A DNA stretch of 64,000 bases from Eledone cirrhosa (GCA_964016885.1 CAXHJY010000133.1:186001-250000), one strand, 5' to 3'; shown: positions 26,538 to 39,159, numbered from the stretch's first letter. Numbers and translations are program-made. The notes: a model not told the origin generated them from the letters alone.

Positions 26538-26765
26538 GAGATGGGGTGTAGTAAAATACCAGGTGGACCATATGAAAAGATTTAGAACCCCGACGGCTGA
26601 GCTATGGCCGTTTCGACAGCTAGTTCAGATCTAGCTGTCAAAACGGCCAGAGCTCGGCCATCGGGGTCCTGACCTTATTTCCTATTACCCACTCTACTAC
26701 CCTAAGTATTGAGTACTCTGGTGCGTTATGGTCCACCTGGTTCCTTACCACACTTTCTTTGTTAT
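26538..26765. mobile_element. Fold-back mini-element (CTAGCTGTCGAAAC family)
   Basis: Hairpin ACCCCGACGGCTGAGCTATGGCCGTTTCGACAGCTAG...CTAGCTGTCAAAACGGCCAGAGCTCGGCCATCGGGGT, an outer CCAGGTGGACCATA/TATGGTCCACCTGG pair, and a TATTGAGTAC motif. Relatives at 46360-46710. Confidence 0.7.
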
Positions 26766-26779
26766 ATATATATGTATGA

Positions 26780-27215
26780 TGACAAAAAGTGTTGATGTTA
26801 GAAAACATTCTATACAGATCATGTTGTACAAGGAAAACAAATGATGAAAAAAAAGGGCTTCAAAAGCACACCTGGTCTATATATAAAGGATCTTTATGAT
26901 ATGTACCAAAATTGATGTTAGCAAGGACATAAGTGACCCAACTCAATGTGGTCGAGTATCAGCATGCAGGAGTTTTAACGAAAATACAATGTAACCTAAT
27001 AACAAATGTTTTGATAATCTAAATTGAAAAAAAAAAAGCAGGGTTTGAAAAGCGCACCTGGTATATACATAAAAAGGATCTCTATAAAATGTACAAAAAT
27101 TGATGATAAAAATTGATGTTTTAACAATTGTATAAATGTTGTAAAGACCCTTTTCACATATACTCCAGGTGTGCTTTTCAAACCCCCTTTTTTATGTTTT
27201 TATCATTTTCCTTAT
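26780..27215. mobile_element. Unclassified element with direct and inverted copies of a AAAAGCACACCTGG module
   Basis: Module at about 26850 and 27040 (+), and inverted at about 27140-27210. Confidence 0.5.
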
Positions 27216-27221
27216 ATATAT

Positions 27222-27570
27222 GAAGGCACATGGCTTAGTGTTTAGAGCATTGGCCTTGCAATGGAAAGGTTGTGAGTTCAATTCTCAGGCTGGCTGGTGT
27301 GTTGTTTCCTTGAGCAAGACACTTTATTTCACATTGCTCCAGTTTACTCACCTGTAGAAATGAGATGATAGGGACTGGGGTCCATATCATTCCACTGCAA
27401 AGTGGTTGTGGAGGTGCCACGGCAAAAAAGCACCCAGCACTCACTGTAAATGAGGTTGGTGTTAGGAAGGGCATCCAGCTGTAGAAATCAAGCCAGAATC
27501 AGTTCCTGTCCCACCCTTGCAAGCAGGGAAAAGCGGACGTAAAATGATGATGATGATGATGATGATGATG
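27222..27570 (+). mobile_element. Full-length tRNA/CORE-type SINE family A (reference copy)
   Basis: A box TGGCTTAGTG, B box GAGTTCAATTC, CORE-like CCTTGAGCAAGACACTTTATTTCACATTGCTCCAGTTTACTCACCTGTAGAAATG, body GGTTGGTGTTAGGAAGGGCATCC and (GAT)n tail. It resembles described octopus CORE-SINEs (from memory). Confidence 0.85.
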
Positions 27571-27574
27571 ATAT

Positions 27575-27845
27575 ATGTTAAGTATTTCCATAGAAAAGGT
27601 AAAGGAAAGAAGAGTGCTCTATGTATAGTACAGGGCTATTTAATTATGTAACAAACAACACACTATAACTATTCCATCACCAAAGGTTTCAGGAAACTAG
27701 ACGATCTTAACAGACATGTCCAGTATGCTCATCAGATGATATCTATAACAAATATTTTATCTGATGAGCGTACTGGACGTTTCTGTTAAGATCGTCTATT
27801 TTCCCGAAACCTTTGGTAGTGGAATAATTATATTGTTTATTATAT
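27575..27845. mobile_element. Fold-back mini-element with an extended hammerhead-like motif (GAAACCTTTGG family)
   Basis: Inverted arms at about 27660-27737 and 27759-27835. The right arm reads CTGATGA...GAAACCTTTGG. It shares the GAGTGCTCTATGTATAG flank with 51695-51925. Confidence 0.65.
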
Positions 27846-27847
27846 TA

Positions 27848-28505
27848 ACTAGCAGAAAAACCACCCTCGAGTGGTTTTCTGCTACCATGTGTAGTGTGTA
27901 TATTGATATTATACGCAAGTATATATGCATGTAGATATGATACATCAAATAAAATCCAGCAACATATCACTAAATCGGATTTCATATGAGGATACTGTTC
28001 TCATGACAACAACAAATGCATGAAGGACTTCTCCATTGCATGGAGAACTGTGGAAATCTAAACTATAATAAAGTAAGAAGTGCGGGACTGCGTACAGTTT
28101 ATAATTTTTTATCCCCTTAGTAAAATAAGTTGGATTACTTTGAATAAATAATGAATGAATCTTACATAATTTATCTACTAAATTTCGTGGCTGTTCATTA
28201 AATATATTTTATTACTTATTTAAAGATTCACTTCTTTAACATTTTCAAATGCCAACACTTCCGGTTAGCGATCATTTAAATAAATATTCATATATTTCTG
28301 TCACTAATTTTCTCCTAATATATAACATTGTCTTTTTTTAATATATCATGGATTATGTTACTGATTACATAAGAGAGTGTAACGCAGTCTTCGTTCAATT
28401 TCTGTGTATATTGTCAATTACGATTTTATTTGATCATATCTACATGCATATATACTTGTGTATAATATCAATATATACACTACACATGCTAGCAGAAAAC
28501 CACCT
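27848..28505. mobile_element. Unclassified element with about 85-bp inverted repeats and a 5' stem-loop
   Basis: GTGGTTTTCTGCTACCATGTGTAGTGTGTATATTGATATTATAC... (from 27870) is complementary to 28420-28503. It starts ACTAGCAGAAAAACCAC-CCTCGA-GTGGTTTTCTGCT. Confidence 0.6.
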
Positions 28506-28915
28506 GAAAGGCAAAGTTAACCTCGGCAGGATTTGAACTCAGAATGGAAAGGGCTGTAACTCTTTGCGTCAAAACATGGCGTTCGACCCTCTACCGATAC
28601 TGCCAAAATTATAATGATTAAACGATTTATGTAACATCAGCATTTTATTTTGTTATTTTTATAAAAATCTCCAGCGTAACTAAAAGCTGCGATTGTTGAG
28701 ATCTTTCTCCTGCTTACTCCTGTTTTTACCAAAACAATCTCTTTGGAATATATATACTACTGCCAAAAACTATGGTCCCACCCTTGCAAGCAGGGAAAAG
28801 CGGACGTAAAATGGTGATGATGATGATATATATATAAAGAGAGAGAGAGAGAACTACCTTCAGTCATTTAACAAAACAATTTAGACCTCAGCCATACTTG
28901 GTGTGTGTGTGTGTG

Positions 28916-29425
28916 TCCGTGTCCGTACTGTCGAGCCCCTTCTCCACAAGATCGTAACATCAGCGGCCAGTCTGAGGAAGGAGCCCTTCGAGGTAGGGTG
29001 GCTGTTGCAGTGGATGTTGTTGGCCATTGTCCGCGGGGCGGGGTATGGGGAATGCTTTTAGAGTCTTAACTGTGGGGCCCAGCCCCATTACCACTGCACC
29101 CTAGGCCCAGAGCCCATCACACACCTCACCTCTTCTGTGACACTAGACCCCTTGCTTTTCCCTTCCTTTTCTGTATGTTTTTTTATTTTTTTTATTATAC
29201 ATTCTCTTCTTTCTTTGAACCTATTTTTTCCTTTTTCTATTAAATTGTTTTTACTCTGTTTGAATGCTGGAAATAACTAGGAAACAGGTAAATCTACTGC
29301 AGCTGGTAGAGGCACTCCCCTACACCTCACCTCCTCAGCCACCCCTCCTCGACCCCTAACCCCACAGGAGTCACTGAGGGTGAGGAGGTTGTATGATGAG
29401 GTCTGATGGTGGTCGTGGTGGGTGT
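28916..29425 (+). mobile_element. Probable 3' end of a CRE-clade (restriction-like endonuclease) non-LTR retrotransposon
   Basis: Encodes EPLLHKIVTSAASLRKEPFEVGWLLQWMLLAIVRG, then after a frameshifting insertion GNAFRVL. This resembles the CRE C-terminal consensus EP.E..WL.QR.S.AI.RGNA..VL. It abuts a (GT)n tract. The 3' boundary is uncertain. Confidence 0.55.
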
Positions 29426-30047
29426 GGGTTATGAATAAGAGAGGAAAAAACACTGGGATGGGTATCCTGGCTTCTTCACAATTAAAACCACCACCATTAC
29501 TACTATGACTACTACCACCACAACTACTATAATTACTACCACCACCATTATTACTATGACTTCTACTACCGTTACTACTACAGCCACCACCACCATTACT
29601 ATGAGGACTACTACCACCACAACTACCAACACCACCAAAACCACTACCAGTGCCACCATCACCACTATTACCATCATTATTAACACCATCACCACAACCA
29701 CCATCTTACTAACACCATCACTGCCAACACCACTACCATCCCTACTACCATACTACTATTACTACTACTACTACTACCACTACCATCCGCATTACCACTA
29801 CCACTACTACTATTGTTAGTACAATAGTCTTCACTTCACTGAACTTCCTATGACTGTATAGACTAACAACACCACCACAACCACCAACACCACTACCACA
29901 ACAACAACCACAACCACCACCACCACCACCACAACCACCACTACAACCCCCACAACCACAACTAACACTCCCACCACCAACATCATGGATGAAGCTATCT
30001 CCTTTGTATGTGTGTATATATATATATATGTCTGTGTGTGTGTGTGT

Positions 30048-30272
30048 GTATCCTGGGTTCAATCGGGCAGGGGAGGGGGGGGACCACAGTAAGTAGGGTA
30101 CTCAATACATAGCACAGTATACATTTTTTTAAAATATAGAAATGGCTTCTACAGGACTAGGACTACTGAATTGTTTCATTCAAAGGAAATCATCAGGAAA
30201 ACCCAGCAGGCTTTCCTGATGATTTCCTTCGAATGAAACAGTTCTAGTCCTGTAGAAGCCATTTCTATATTA
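30048..30272. mobile_element. Fold-back mini-element with a hammerhead-like core in both arms (GAAACAGTTCTAG family)
   Basis: Palindrome 30132-30271. The right arm reads CTGATGA-TTTCCTTCGAAT-GAAA-CAGTTC and the left arm is its reverse complement. Confidence 0.7.
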
Positions 30273-30277
30273 CATAT

Positions 30278-31745
30278 ATCATCATCATCGTTTAACAGTC
30301 ATTTTCCACGCTAGGATGGGTTAGACAGGTTGTCCCATTAGAGGCAAGTTGGATCAGGTGACCGTGTCTTGCTCATACAGGATTGTTTCTAGTTAGGTTT
30401 CTATGGCTAGATGCCCTTTTTAACGCCAACTTACAGTATGAGCTGGGTACTTTTTGTCATGACTCCTTCACGATCATCTTACAGTCAGGACTGGGTGCTT
30501 TTTGTTGTGACTCCTAGATGACCACCTTACAGTGTGGACTAGGCGCTTTTTGTTGTGACACCTAGATGAACACCTTACAGTGTGGACTAGGTGCTTTTTG
30601 TTGTGACTCCTAGATGACCACCTTACAGTGTGGACTAGGTGCTTTTTGTTGTGACACCTAGATGAACACCTTACAGTGTGGACTAGGCGCTTTTTGTTGT
30701 GACACCTAGATGAACACCTTACAGTGTGGACTAGGTGCTTTTTGTTGTGACACCTAGATGAACACCTTACAGTGTGGACTGGGCGCTTTTTGTTGTGACT
30801 CCCACACAACCACTTTACAGTGTGGACTAGGTGCTTTTTGTTGTGACACCTAGATGACCACCTTACAGTGTGGACTGGGCGCTTTTTGTTGTGACTCCCA
30901 CACGACCACTTTACAGTGTGGACTAGGTGCTTTTTGTTGTGACACCTAGATGAACACCTTACAGTGTGGACTGGGCGCTTTTTGTTGTGACTCCCACACG
31001 ACCACTTTACAGTGTGGGCTGGGTGCTTTTTGTTGTGACTCCCACACAACCACTTTACAGTGTGGGCTGGGTGCTTTTTGTTGTGACTCCCACACAACCA
31101 CTTTACAGTGTGGACTGGGTGTTTTTTTGTCGTGACTCCCACACAACCACTTTACAGTGTGGGCTGGGTGCTTTTTGTTGTGACTCCCACACGACCACTT
31201 TACAGTGTGGACTGGGTGTTTTTTTGTTGTGACTCCCACACAACCACTTTACAGTGTTGGCTGGGTGCTTTTTTTGTTGTGACTCCCACACAACCACTTT
31301 ACAGTGTGGGCTGGGTGTTTTTTTGTCGTGACTCCCACACAACCACTTTACAGTGTTGGCTGGGTGCTTTTTGTTGTGACTCCCACACGACCACTTTACA
31401 GTGTTGGCTGGGTGCTTTTTTGTTGTGACTCCCACACAACCACTTTACAGTGTGGGCTGGGTGCTTTTTGTCGTGACTCCCACACAACCACTTTACAGTG
31501 TGGGCTGGGTGCTTTTTGTTGTGACTCCCACACGACCAGTTTACAGTGTTGGCTGGGTGCTTTTTTGTCGTGACTCCCACACAACCACTTTACAGTGTGG
31601 GCTGGGTGCTTTTTTGTTGTGACTCCCACACAACCACTTTACAGTGTGGGCCGGGTGCTTTTTGTTGTGACTCCCACACGACCAGTTTACAGTGTGGGCT
31701 GGGTGCTTTTTTGTCGCGACATGTACACGACCAATTTGCAACAAA
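30278..31745 (-). repeat. SINE A copy whose 48/49-bp internal module is amplified about 26 times
   Basis: SINE tail at 30278-30470, then unit CACTTTACAGTGTGGGCTGGGTGCTTTTTGTTGTGACTCCCACACAAC. CCTAGATG variants occur on the left and CCCACAC variants on the right. Confidence 0.9.
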
Positions 31746-32028
31746 CCCTATAATCTGCAACTGAATGTATATGATAATGATGATGATGATGATGACAATG
31801 AAGATGATAGCAATGATGAAAATGATTGCGATGATGATAATGATGATGAAAACAGCGATGATTATGATGATGATGATGATGATGGAGTCAGATGATGTGT
31901 ATGTATGTATGTGTCTGTAAGTAATGCAGAAACTATTCCAGTAGTATGAAATATTGTGGTCAATACAAGTACATGTGAGAAGTCATTGACCACAAGTTGT
32001 TTCAGATTTACATCAGATCAATGACCTG

Positions 32029-32115
<87 letters not shown>

Positions 32116-32116
32116 T

Positions 32117-32219
32117 ACAGGGTGTCTCAAAAAAATGTATACACACTTCAACAGCATTCTAATAAATATTGCCTGTACAAGTAATCAAAGCGTGCATACA
32201 TTTTTTAGGACACCCTGTG
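32117..32219. mobile_element. Tc1/mariner-type MITE, about 100 bp
   Basis: TA-CAGGGTGTCTCAAAAAAATGTATACAC...GTGCATACATTTTTTAGGACACCCTG. Further copies at about 41846-41950, 45119-45202, 56283-56361, 56551-56640, 60883-60997 and 62248-62349. Confidence 0.8.
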
Positions 32220-32429
32220 TGCATATATATATATGATGCATGTATATATATATATATACATATGATATATATATGATGCATATATATATGATATATATAT
32301 ATGATGCATATATATATATATATATATATGATGCTAAACAAATTCAGAAACGAAATATATATATATATATATGACGCATATATATATGATGCATATATAT
32401 ATGATACATATATATATAGATGATATATA

Positions 32430-32464
<35 letters not shown>

Positions 32465-32794
32465 CATATATATATATATGATATATATATATATGATATA
32501 TATATGATGCATATATATATATATATATATATATGATATATAAATAATGTATACATATATGATATATATATATGATGCATATATATATATGATATATAAA
32601 TGATATATATATATATATGATATATATATGATGCATATATATATATATGATATGTAAATGATATATATATATATGTAAAGGATATATATATATTGATAGA
32701 TCAATAAATAAGGGTTGTGGGTGGGGGATGTTCTGATATTTCTCATATTTGACACTTGATTGATCTTACATAACAATGGTAAGAACCACTCCTT

Positions 32795-34320
32795 CATCTG
32801 TATGTATGTGTGTCTGTATGTATGTGTGTCTGTATGTATGTATGTGTCTGTATGTATGTGTGTGTGTCTGTATGTATGTATGTGTGTCTGTAAGTATGTG
32901 TGTCTGTATGTATGTGTGTCTGTATGTGTGTGTCTGTATGTATGTGTGTGTCTGTGTGTCTGTGTGTGTCTGTATGTGTGTGTGTCTGTATGGGTGTGTG
33001 TCTGTACGTATGTGTGCCTGTATGTATGTGTGTCTGTATGTATGTGTGTCTGTACGTAAGTGTGTCTGTAAGTATGTGTGTCTGTATGTATGTGTGTGTA
33101 TGTATGTATGTGTGTCTGTATGTGTGTGTCTGTATGTATGTGTGTGTGTGTCTGTATGTGTGTGTGTCTGTATGTGTGTGTGTCTGTAAGTATGTGTGTC
33201 TGTAAGTATGTGTGTCTGTATGTATGTGTGTATGTATGTGTGTCTGTAAGTATGTGTGTCTGTATGTGTGTGTGTCTGTAAGTATGTGTGTCTGTAAGTA
33301 TGTGTGTCTGTATGTATGTGTGTATGTATGTGTGTCTGTAAGTATGTGTGTCTGTATGTGTGTGTGTCTGTAAGTATGTGTGTCTGTAAGTATGTGTGTC
33401 TGTATGCATGTGTGTCTGTAAGTATGTGTGTCTGTATGTATGTGTGTGTCTGTATGTATGTGTGTCTGTATGTATGTGTGTCTGTATGTGTGTGTCTGTA
33501 TGCATGTGTGTCTGTATGTATGTGTGTGTCTGTATGTATGTGTGTGTCTGTATGCATGTGTGTCTGTATGTGTGTGTGTCTGTATGGGTGTGTGTCTGTA
33601 CGTGTGTGTGTCTGTATGTGTGTGTGTCTGTACGTATGTGTGTCTGTATGTATGTGTGTCTGTATGTATGTGTGTATGTATGTATGTGTGTCTGTATGTG
33701 TGTGTCTGTATGTATGTGTGTCTGTATGTATGTGTGTCTGTAAGTATGTGTGTCTGTATGTATGTGTGTCTGTAAGTATGTGTGTCTGTATGTGTGTGTG
33801 TCTGTAAGTATGTGTGTCTGTATGTATGTGTGTCTGTAAGTATGTGTGTCTGTAAGTATGTGTGTCTGTATGTGTGTGTGTGTATGTGTGTGTATGTATG
33901 TGTGTCTGTATGTATCTGTATGTATGTGTGTATGTATGTATGTGTCTCTGTATGTATGTGTGTGTATGTATGTATGTGTGTCTGTATGTATGTGTGTCTG
34001 TGTGTATGTGTGTCTGTAAGTATGTGTGTCTGTATGCATGTGTGTCTGTAAGTATGTGTGTCTGTGTGTGTGTGTCTGTATGTATGTGTGTGTCTAAGTA
34101 TGTGTGTCTGTGTGTGTGTGTCTGTATGCATGTGTGTCTGTAAGTATGTGTATGTATGTATGTGTCTGTATGTATGTATGTGTGTCTGTGTGTGTCTGTA
34201 TGTGTGTGTGTCTGTCTGCATGTCTGTATGTATGTGTGTATGTATGTATGTGTGTCTGTATGTATGTGTGTGTCTGTATGTATGTGTGTCTGTAAGCATG
34301 TCCGTATGTATGTGTGTCTG
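32795..34320. repeat. (GTCTGTATGTATGTGT)n-type satellite
   Basis: Directly visible; gives the HTDTHTYR pseudo-ORFs. Confidence 0.95.
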
Positions 34321-34645
34321 TAGAGGGGGAGAGCGGTATGTGAGCTGGTGTATATGTGTGTGTGTGTCTTTCAGTGTATGTGTGTGTGTGTATGCAGCCT
34401 GCCTGTCTGTGTGTACGTGCATGGGTATTTGTGTATATGTGTGTGTATGTGTACTTGTGTATCAGCCTGCCTACATGTGTATGTCTATGTGTGTGTGTGT
34501 GAATGTGTGTGCATGTATGTGTGTGTATGTGTACTTGTGTATCAACCTGCCTACATGTGTATGTCTACGTGTGTGTGTGAATGTGTGTGCATGTATGTGT
34601 GTATGTGTACTTGTGTATCAACCTGCCTACATGTGTATGTCTATG

Positions 34646-35850
34646 TCTTCCAGTTCCTGTGGAAGAAGCAGGCTCCAGTGGTGAGGAGATCCGTCTGCTG
34701 TCAACACCATTCCAACGGAGGGCTAAGCATGCCGTGGTTAATGATGTGCAAACATGCGCTGAGGCGACGGCATCTCCAGGTATTCCTCACCGACCAACCG
34801 GTGTGGGCACCGTTTGTGAGACAGGCTTTCCCACAACTTGTCTCGCTGACTGAGCTGCAGTCGTGGGTGAAGCGAAGACCGAAGAAGATGGGTGCCTGGC
34901 ACATTGAATGCACCCAGGCCCTCACAGTCCTCTGTCAAGTGGGCACAGCAATCAGTGGAGGCTCCACTTCGACATTCTATAGAGGGTTAGTACTTTACAA
35001 GTGCGACGACGTGCTCGGGGAGACTCTAGGCTTCAAAGATGACGAGCTCACCAGTCTGTTCGGTAGAACTTTCCGCCCGGGACCTATGGACAACTCCCAA
35101 AGGTCCCTGGCCTGGCAGTGCTACCGAGGAGCTCTACCCGTTCGAGATAAGATCTACAGGCACGGACACCCCGGCAGGATCCTTCCAAGAGGACGTGTCC
35201 AAGATGTGAGCAGGACATTGAAACCATCTTGCACGCAATTGTACACTGCCCGGGCATAAGCGACCTGTGGAACTATGCAGAACAACTGCTGTCGCATATG
35301 GGACAAATCCAGTTGACTGCCAAGTCCATAGTAAGGACCAAACTGCCAGCCTCTTTCAAAAACGAAAGAGAGGCGGTTTTCCTCTGTACAGTGGCTATGG
35401 TGAAAGAGGTTATATGGTGGACAAGGTTGAGAGAACTGAGGACAGATGCCTTTCTCTCCGGACAACAATTGATTCCCTTCTTAGTCTAAAGTATCACTTT
35501 AGAAGGAGAATCCGAGTGGAGAGAGAGGTACCGCACTCCAGTAAAGTTACTGAAAGGTGGGTGAATGTGGCAAAAATGGCCCAAGTGATTGGGCCTTCTC
35601 TGTTTATAAGCCTGTAGGTTAAAGAAGAGTGCAAAAAGAAGAAAGGAGCACTTGCACAACACGCTCCTGGAGTTGAGGGTTGTTCTATCGACGGGGTATT
35701 AAACAACCCATTTGTGGCGCTTCCTCCCTATTGGGGATTTTGATTGTTATAATTGTTTGTTTCAATATTTTAAATGACTGTATGTAAAATCCCCAGCACG
35801 TGTCTTTGTATTGTCCCCTTTTCTTGTGCGCCCTTGTGGCAAATAAAGAA
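34646..35850 (+). mobile_element. 5'-truncated L1/Tx1-clade LINE, copy 1
   Basis: Encodes FQFLWKK...NGGLSMP...YRGALPVRDK and a CCHC knuckle (CPRCEQDIETILHAIVHC, frameshifted). The 3' UTR ends AATAAAGAAAT. Confidence 0.85.
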
Positions 35851-36422
35851 ATATATCTATGTATATGTATGTCTTCTCTGTATGTATGTGTCTCTGTATG
35901 ACTGTCAGTTTGTGTATGTGTTTATCTGCCTGTCTGTGTGTGTGCGTCTGTGTTTGCCTGTCTATCTATGTATATGTATGTCTTCTGTGTATGTGTGTGT
36001 CTCTCTATGACTGTCTGTCTGTGTGATTGTGTGTGTGTATCTGCCTGTCTGTGTGTGTATGTGTTTGCCTGTCAATCTATGTATATGTATGCCTTCTGTG
36101 TATGTGTGTGTCTCTCTATGACTGTCTGTCTGTGTGAGTGTGTGTGTGTATCTGCCTGTCTATGTGTGTATGTGTTTGCCTGTCTATCTATGTATATGTA
36201 TGCCTTCTGTGTATGTGTGTGTCTCTATGACTGTCTGTATGTGTGAGTGTGTGTGTGTATCTGCCTGTCTGTGTGTGTATGTGTTTGCCTGTCTATCTAT
36301 GTATATGTATGCCTTCTGTGTATGTGTGTGTCTCTCTATGACTGTCTGTCTGTGTGAGTGTGTGTGTATATCTGCCTGTCTGTGTGTGTATGTGTTTGCC
36401 TGTCTATCTATGTATATGTATG
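35851..36422. repeat. About 110-bp-unit satellite (continues at 37235-37560)
   Basis: Unit ATCTATGTATATGTATGCCTTCTGTGTATG...CTCTATGACTGTC...GTTTGCCTGTCT. Confidence 0.85.
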
Positions 36423-37234
36423 AAGACGATGAGCTCACCAGTATGTTTGGTAGGACTTTCCGCCCGGGACCTATGGACAACTTCCAGAGGTCCCTGGCCT
36501 GGCAGTGCTACCGAGGAGCTCTACCGGTTCGTGACAAGATCTACAGGCACGGACGCCCTGGCAGGGATCCTTCCAAGAGGACGTGTCCAAGATGTGCGCA
36601 GGACATTGAAACAGTTCTGCACGCAATTGTTCACTGCCCGGGCGTAAGCGACCTGTGGGACTATGCAGAACAACTGCTGTCGCGTATGGGACAAATACAG
36701 TTGACTGCCGAGTCCATAGTAAGGATCAAACCGCCAGACTCTTTCAAAAACGAAAGAGAGGCGGTTTTCCTCTGTACGGTGGCTATGGTGAAAGAAGTTA
36801 TATGGTGGACGAGGTTGAGAGGACTGAGGACAGATGCCTTTCTCTCCGGACAACAATTGATTCCCTTCTTTAAGTATCACTTTAGAAGGAGAATCAGGGT
36901 GGAGAGAGAGGCACTGCACCCCAGTAAATTTACTGAAAGGTGGGTGAATGAAGCGAAAATGGCCCGAGTGATTGGGCCTTCTCTGTTTATAAGCCTGTAG
37001 GTTGAGGAAGAGAGCAAAGGGAAGAAAGGAGCACTTGCACAACACGCTCCTCGAGTTGAGGGTTGTTCTATCGACGGGGTATTAAACAACCCATTTGTGG
37101 CGCCTCCTCCCTATTGGGGATTTCGATTGTTGAAATTGTTCGTTGTTATATTTTTTACACGACTGTATGTAAAATCCCCGGCATCTCTTTGTATTGTCCC
37201 CTTTCTTGTTGCGCCCTTGTGGCTAATAAAGAAA
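36423..37234 (+). mobile_element. 5'-truncated L1/Tx1-clade LINE, copy 2, with an apparent 20-bp TSD
   Basis: Open frame DDELTSMFGRTF...CPRCAQDIETVLHAIVHC...LFISL, then a stop. TCTATCTATGTATATGTATG flanks both sides (36403-36422, 37235-37254). Confidence 0.88.
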
Positions 37235-38624
37235 TCTATCTATGTATATGTATGCCTTCTGTGTATGTGTGTGTCTCTCTCTATGACTGTTTGTCTGTGT
37301 GAGTGTGTGTGTGTATCTGCCTGTCTGTGTGTGTATGTGTTTGCCTGTCTATCTATGTATATGTATGCCTTCTGTGTATGTGTGTGTCTCTGTATGACTG
37401 GCAGTCTGTGTATGTGTTTATCTGCCTGTCTGTGTGTGTGTGTTGCCTGTCTGTCTATGTATGTGTGTTGCCTGTCTTCTGTGTATGTGTGTGTCTCTCT
37501 ATGACTGTCAGTCTGTGTGAGTGTGTGTGTGTGTGTGTATGTATCTGCCTGCCTGTGTGTGTACGTACAGGATGGAAGGGTGGAAAGGTGGAAGAATGGC
37601 AAGGGTGTAAGGGTGGAAAGGTACAAGAATGGAGGGGTGGAAGGGTGGAAGACAGAAGTGGGTGATCTCAAAGCCAGCTGCTCTTCTTTTGGAGGAGAAA
37701 TTCTTGTTGCTATTTAGAGAGGAAGGGAACAGGGTATTGTTGGTGTTGGTGGTGGAGGTGGTGGCGTTGGTAGTAGTATTGGTAGTGATGGCAGTGTTGT
37801 TGTTGGTGGTGGTGGTAGGATTGGTAGTAGTTGTAGTAGTGGCGGTGGTGGTAGTGATGGTGGTGGTGGTAGTGGTGTTGTATTGGTGGTGGTGGTGATG
37901 TTGATAGTATTGGTAGTGATAGTGGTGTTGTTGTTGTTGGTGGTAGTAGTGGTGGTAGTGGGGTTGTATTGGTGGTGGTGATGTTGTTGATGATAGCATT
38001 GGTAGTGATAGCGGTGTTGTTGTTGTTGTTGGTGGTGGTGATGGTAATGGCGATGGTGTTGGTGCTGATGGTGGTAATATTGGTAGCAGTAGTGGTGATG
38101 GTAGTATTGGTAGTGGTGGCAGTGGTGTTGGTGATAGTATAGGTAGCAGTAGTGGTGGTGGAAGTGGTGAAAATATTGGTGGTGATAGTAGTGGTGGTAA
38201 TATTGGTAGTATTAGTGGTGGTGGTAATATTGGTAATATTAGTGGTGGTGGTAATATTGGTAGTATTAGTGGTGGTGGTAATATTGGCGTTAGTAGTGTA
38301 TATATATATAAAATTTAAGTAAGTAAGTTAATTTTTTTTTAATTTTTTTTTTTTAATTTTCTTATTTTACGTCTTTTATATTATTGTTCTGCATCCTCCT
38401 GCATTGAACCACCTAGGTACTATGACATAACCTGTGTATTTGCTGGCATTAGCGTACATCTGTGCGCTTATGTTAGTAGATATATTAAATTATCTATATA
38501 TATATATAGATGTGTGTGTGTATGCGTGTTTGTGTGTGTGTTGGTGTGTATGTGTGTGTGTGTTTTTTGGTGTGTATGTGTGTGTTGGTGTGTATGTGTG
38601 TGTGTGTTTGTGTTTGTGTTTGTG

Positions 38625-38667
<43 letters not shown>

Positions 38668-39159
38668 AGGTGTGTATGTCTATCTGTGCATATGAATGGA
38701 TGTATGTATATATGTCATCATCTTCATCATCAGTATATAAAAATATATCACAACCTCATCACCATTTTACTGTGGCAGTGGTGGTGGAGGTGGTGGGGAG
38801 GGGCATGATTGCATGAGTTTGAGAGAAGTCAGACACATAGAAATTTCCCACTCCTCAGCTATCAACTAGACATCTATATGGTTTCAGTTACTAGACAGTA
38901 CCACTCTTTCCAGCTCATAAGTAGCTCCTAAAAGAAGAGAGCTATTTTTCTGAGGTGTAAAAATGTGACAAAAAACGAATATAAATACAAGATATGACAA
39001 CAATACAAACCAACCCTAATGTACAAAATTGTATTTCTAAGAGGTGGCTGAAGAGGGGGTTAGATGTTTGTATCCGTTTTTCATTTATGTCTGGTTTTTC
39101 CATGTGCACATTTGCTAATTACACCCCCGTCCCACTACCACCACCCCATCCACACCACC

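Noticed and set aside
30474-31744. ORFs with KKHPAHTVKW repeats; CRISPR-like periodicity
   Set aside because: This is a pure tandem repeat of a SINE module with no unique spacers.
38820-38930. Minus-strand acceptor-like CTCTCTTCTTTTAG followed by unique sequence
   Set aside because: All three frames hit stops within about 55 nt and no convincing donor was seen.
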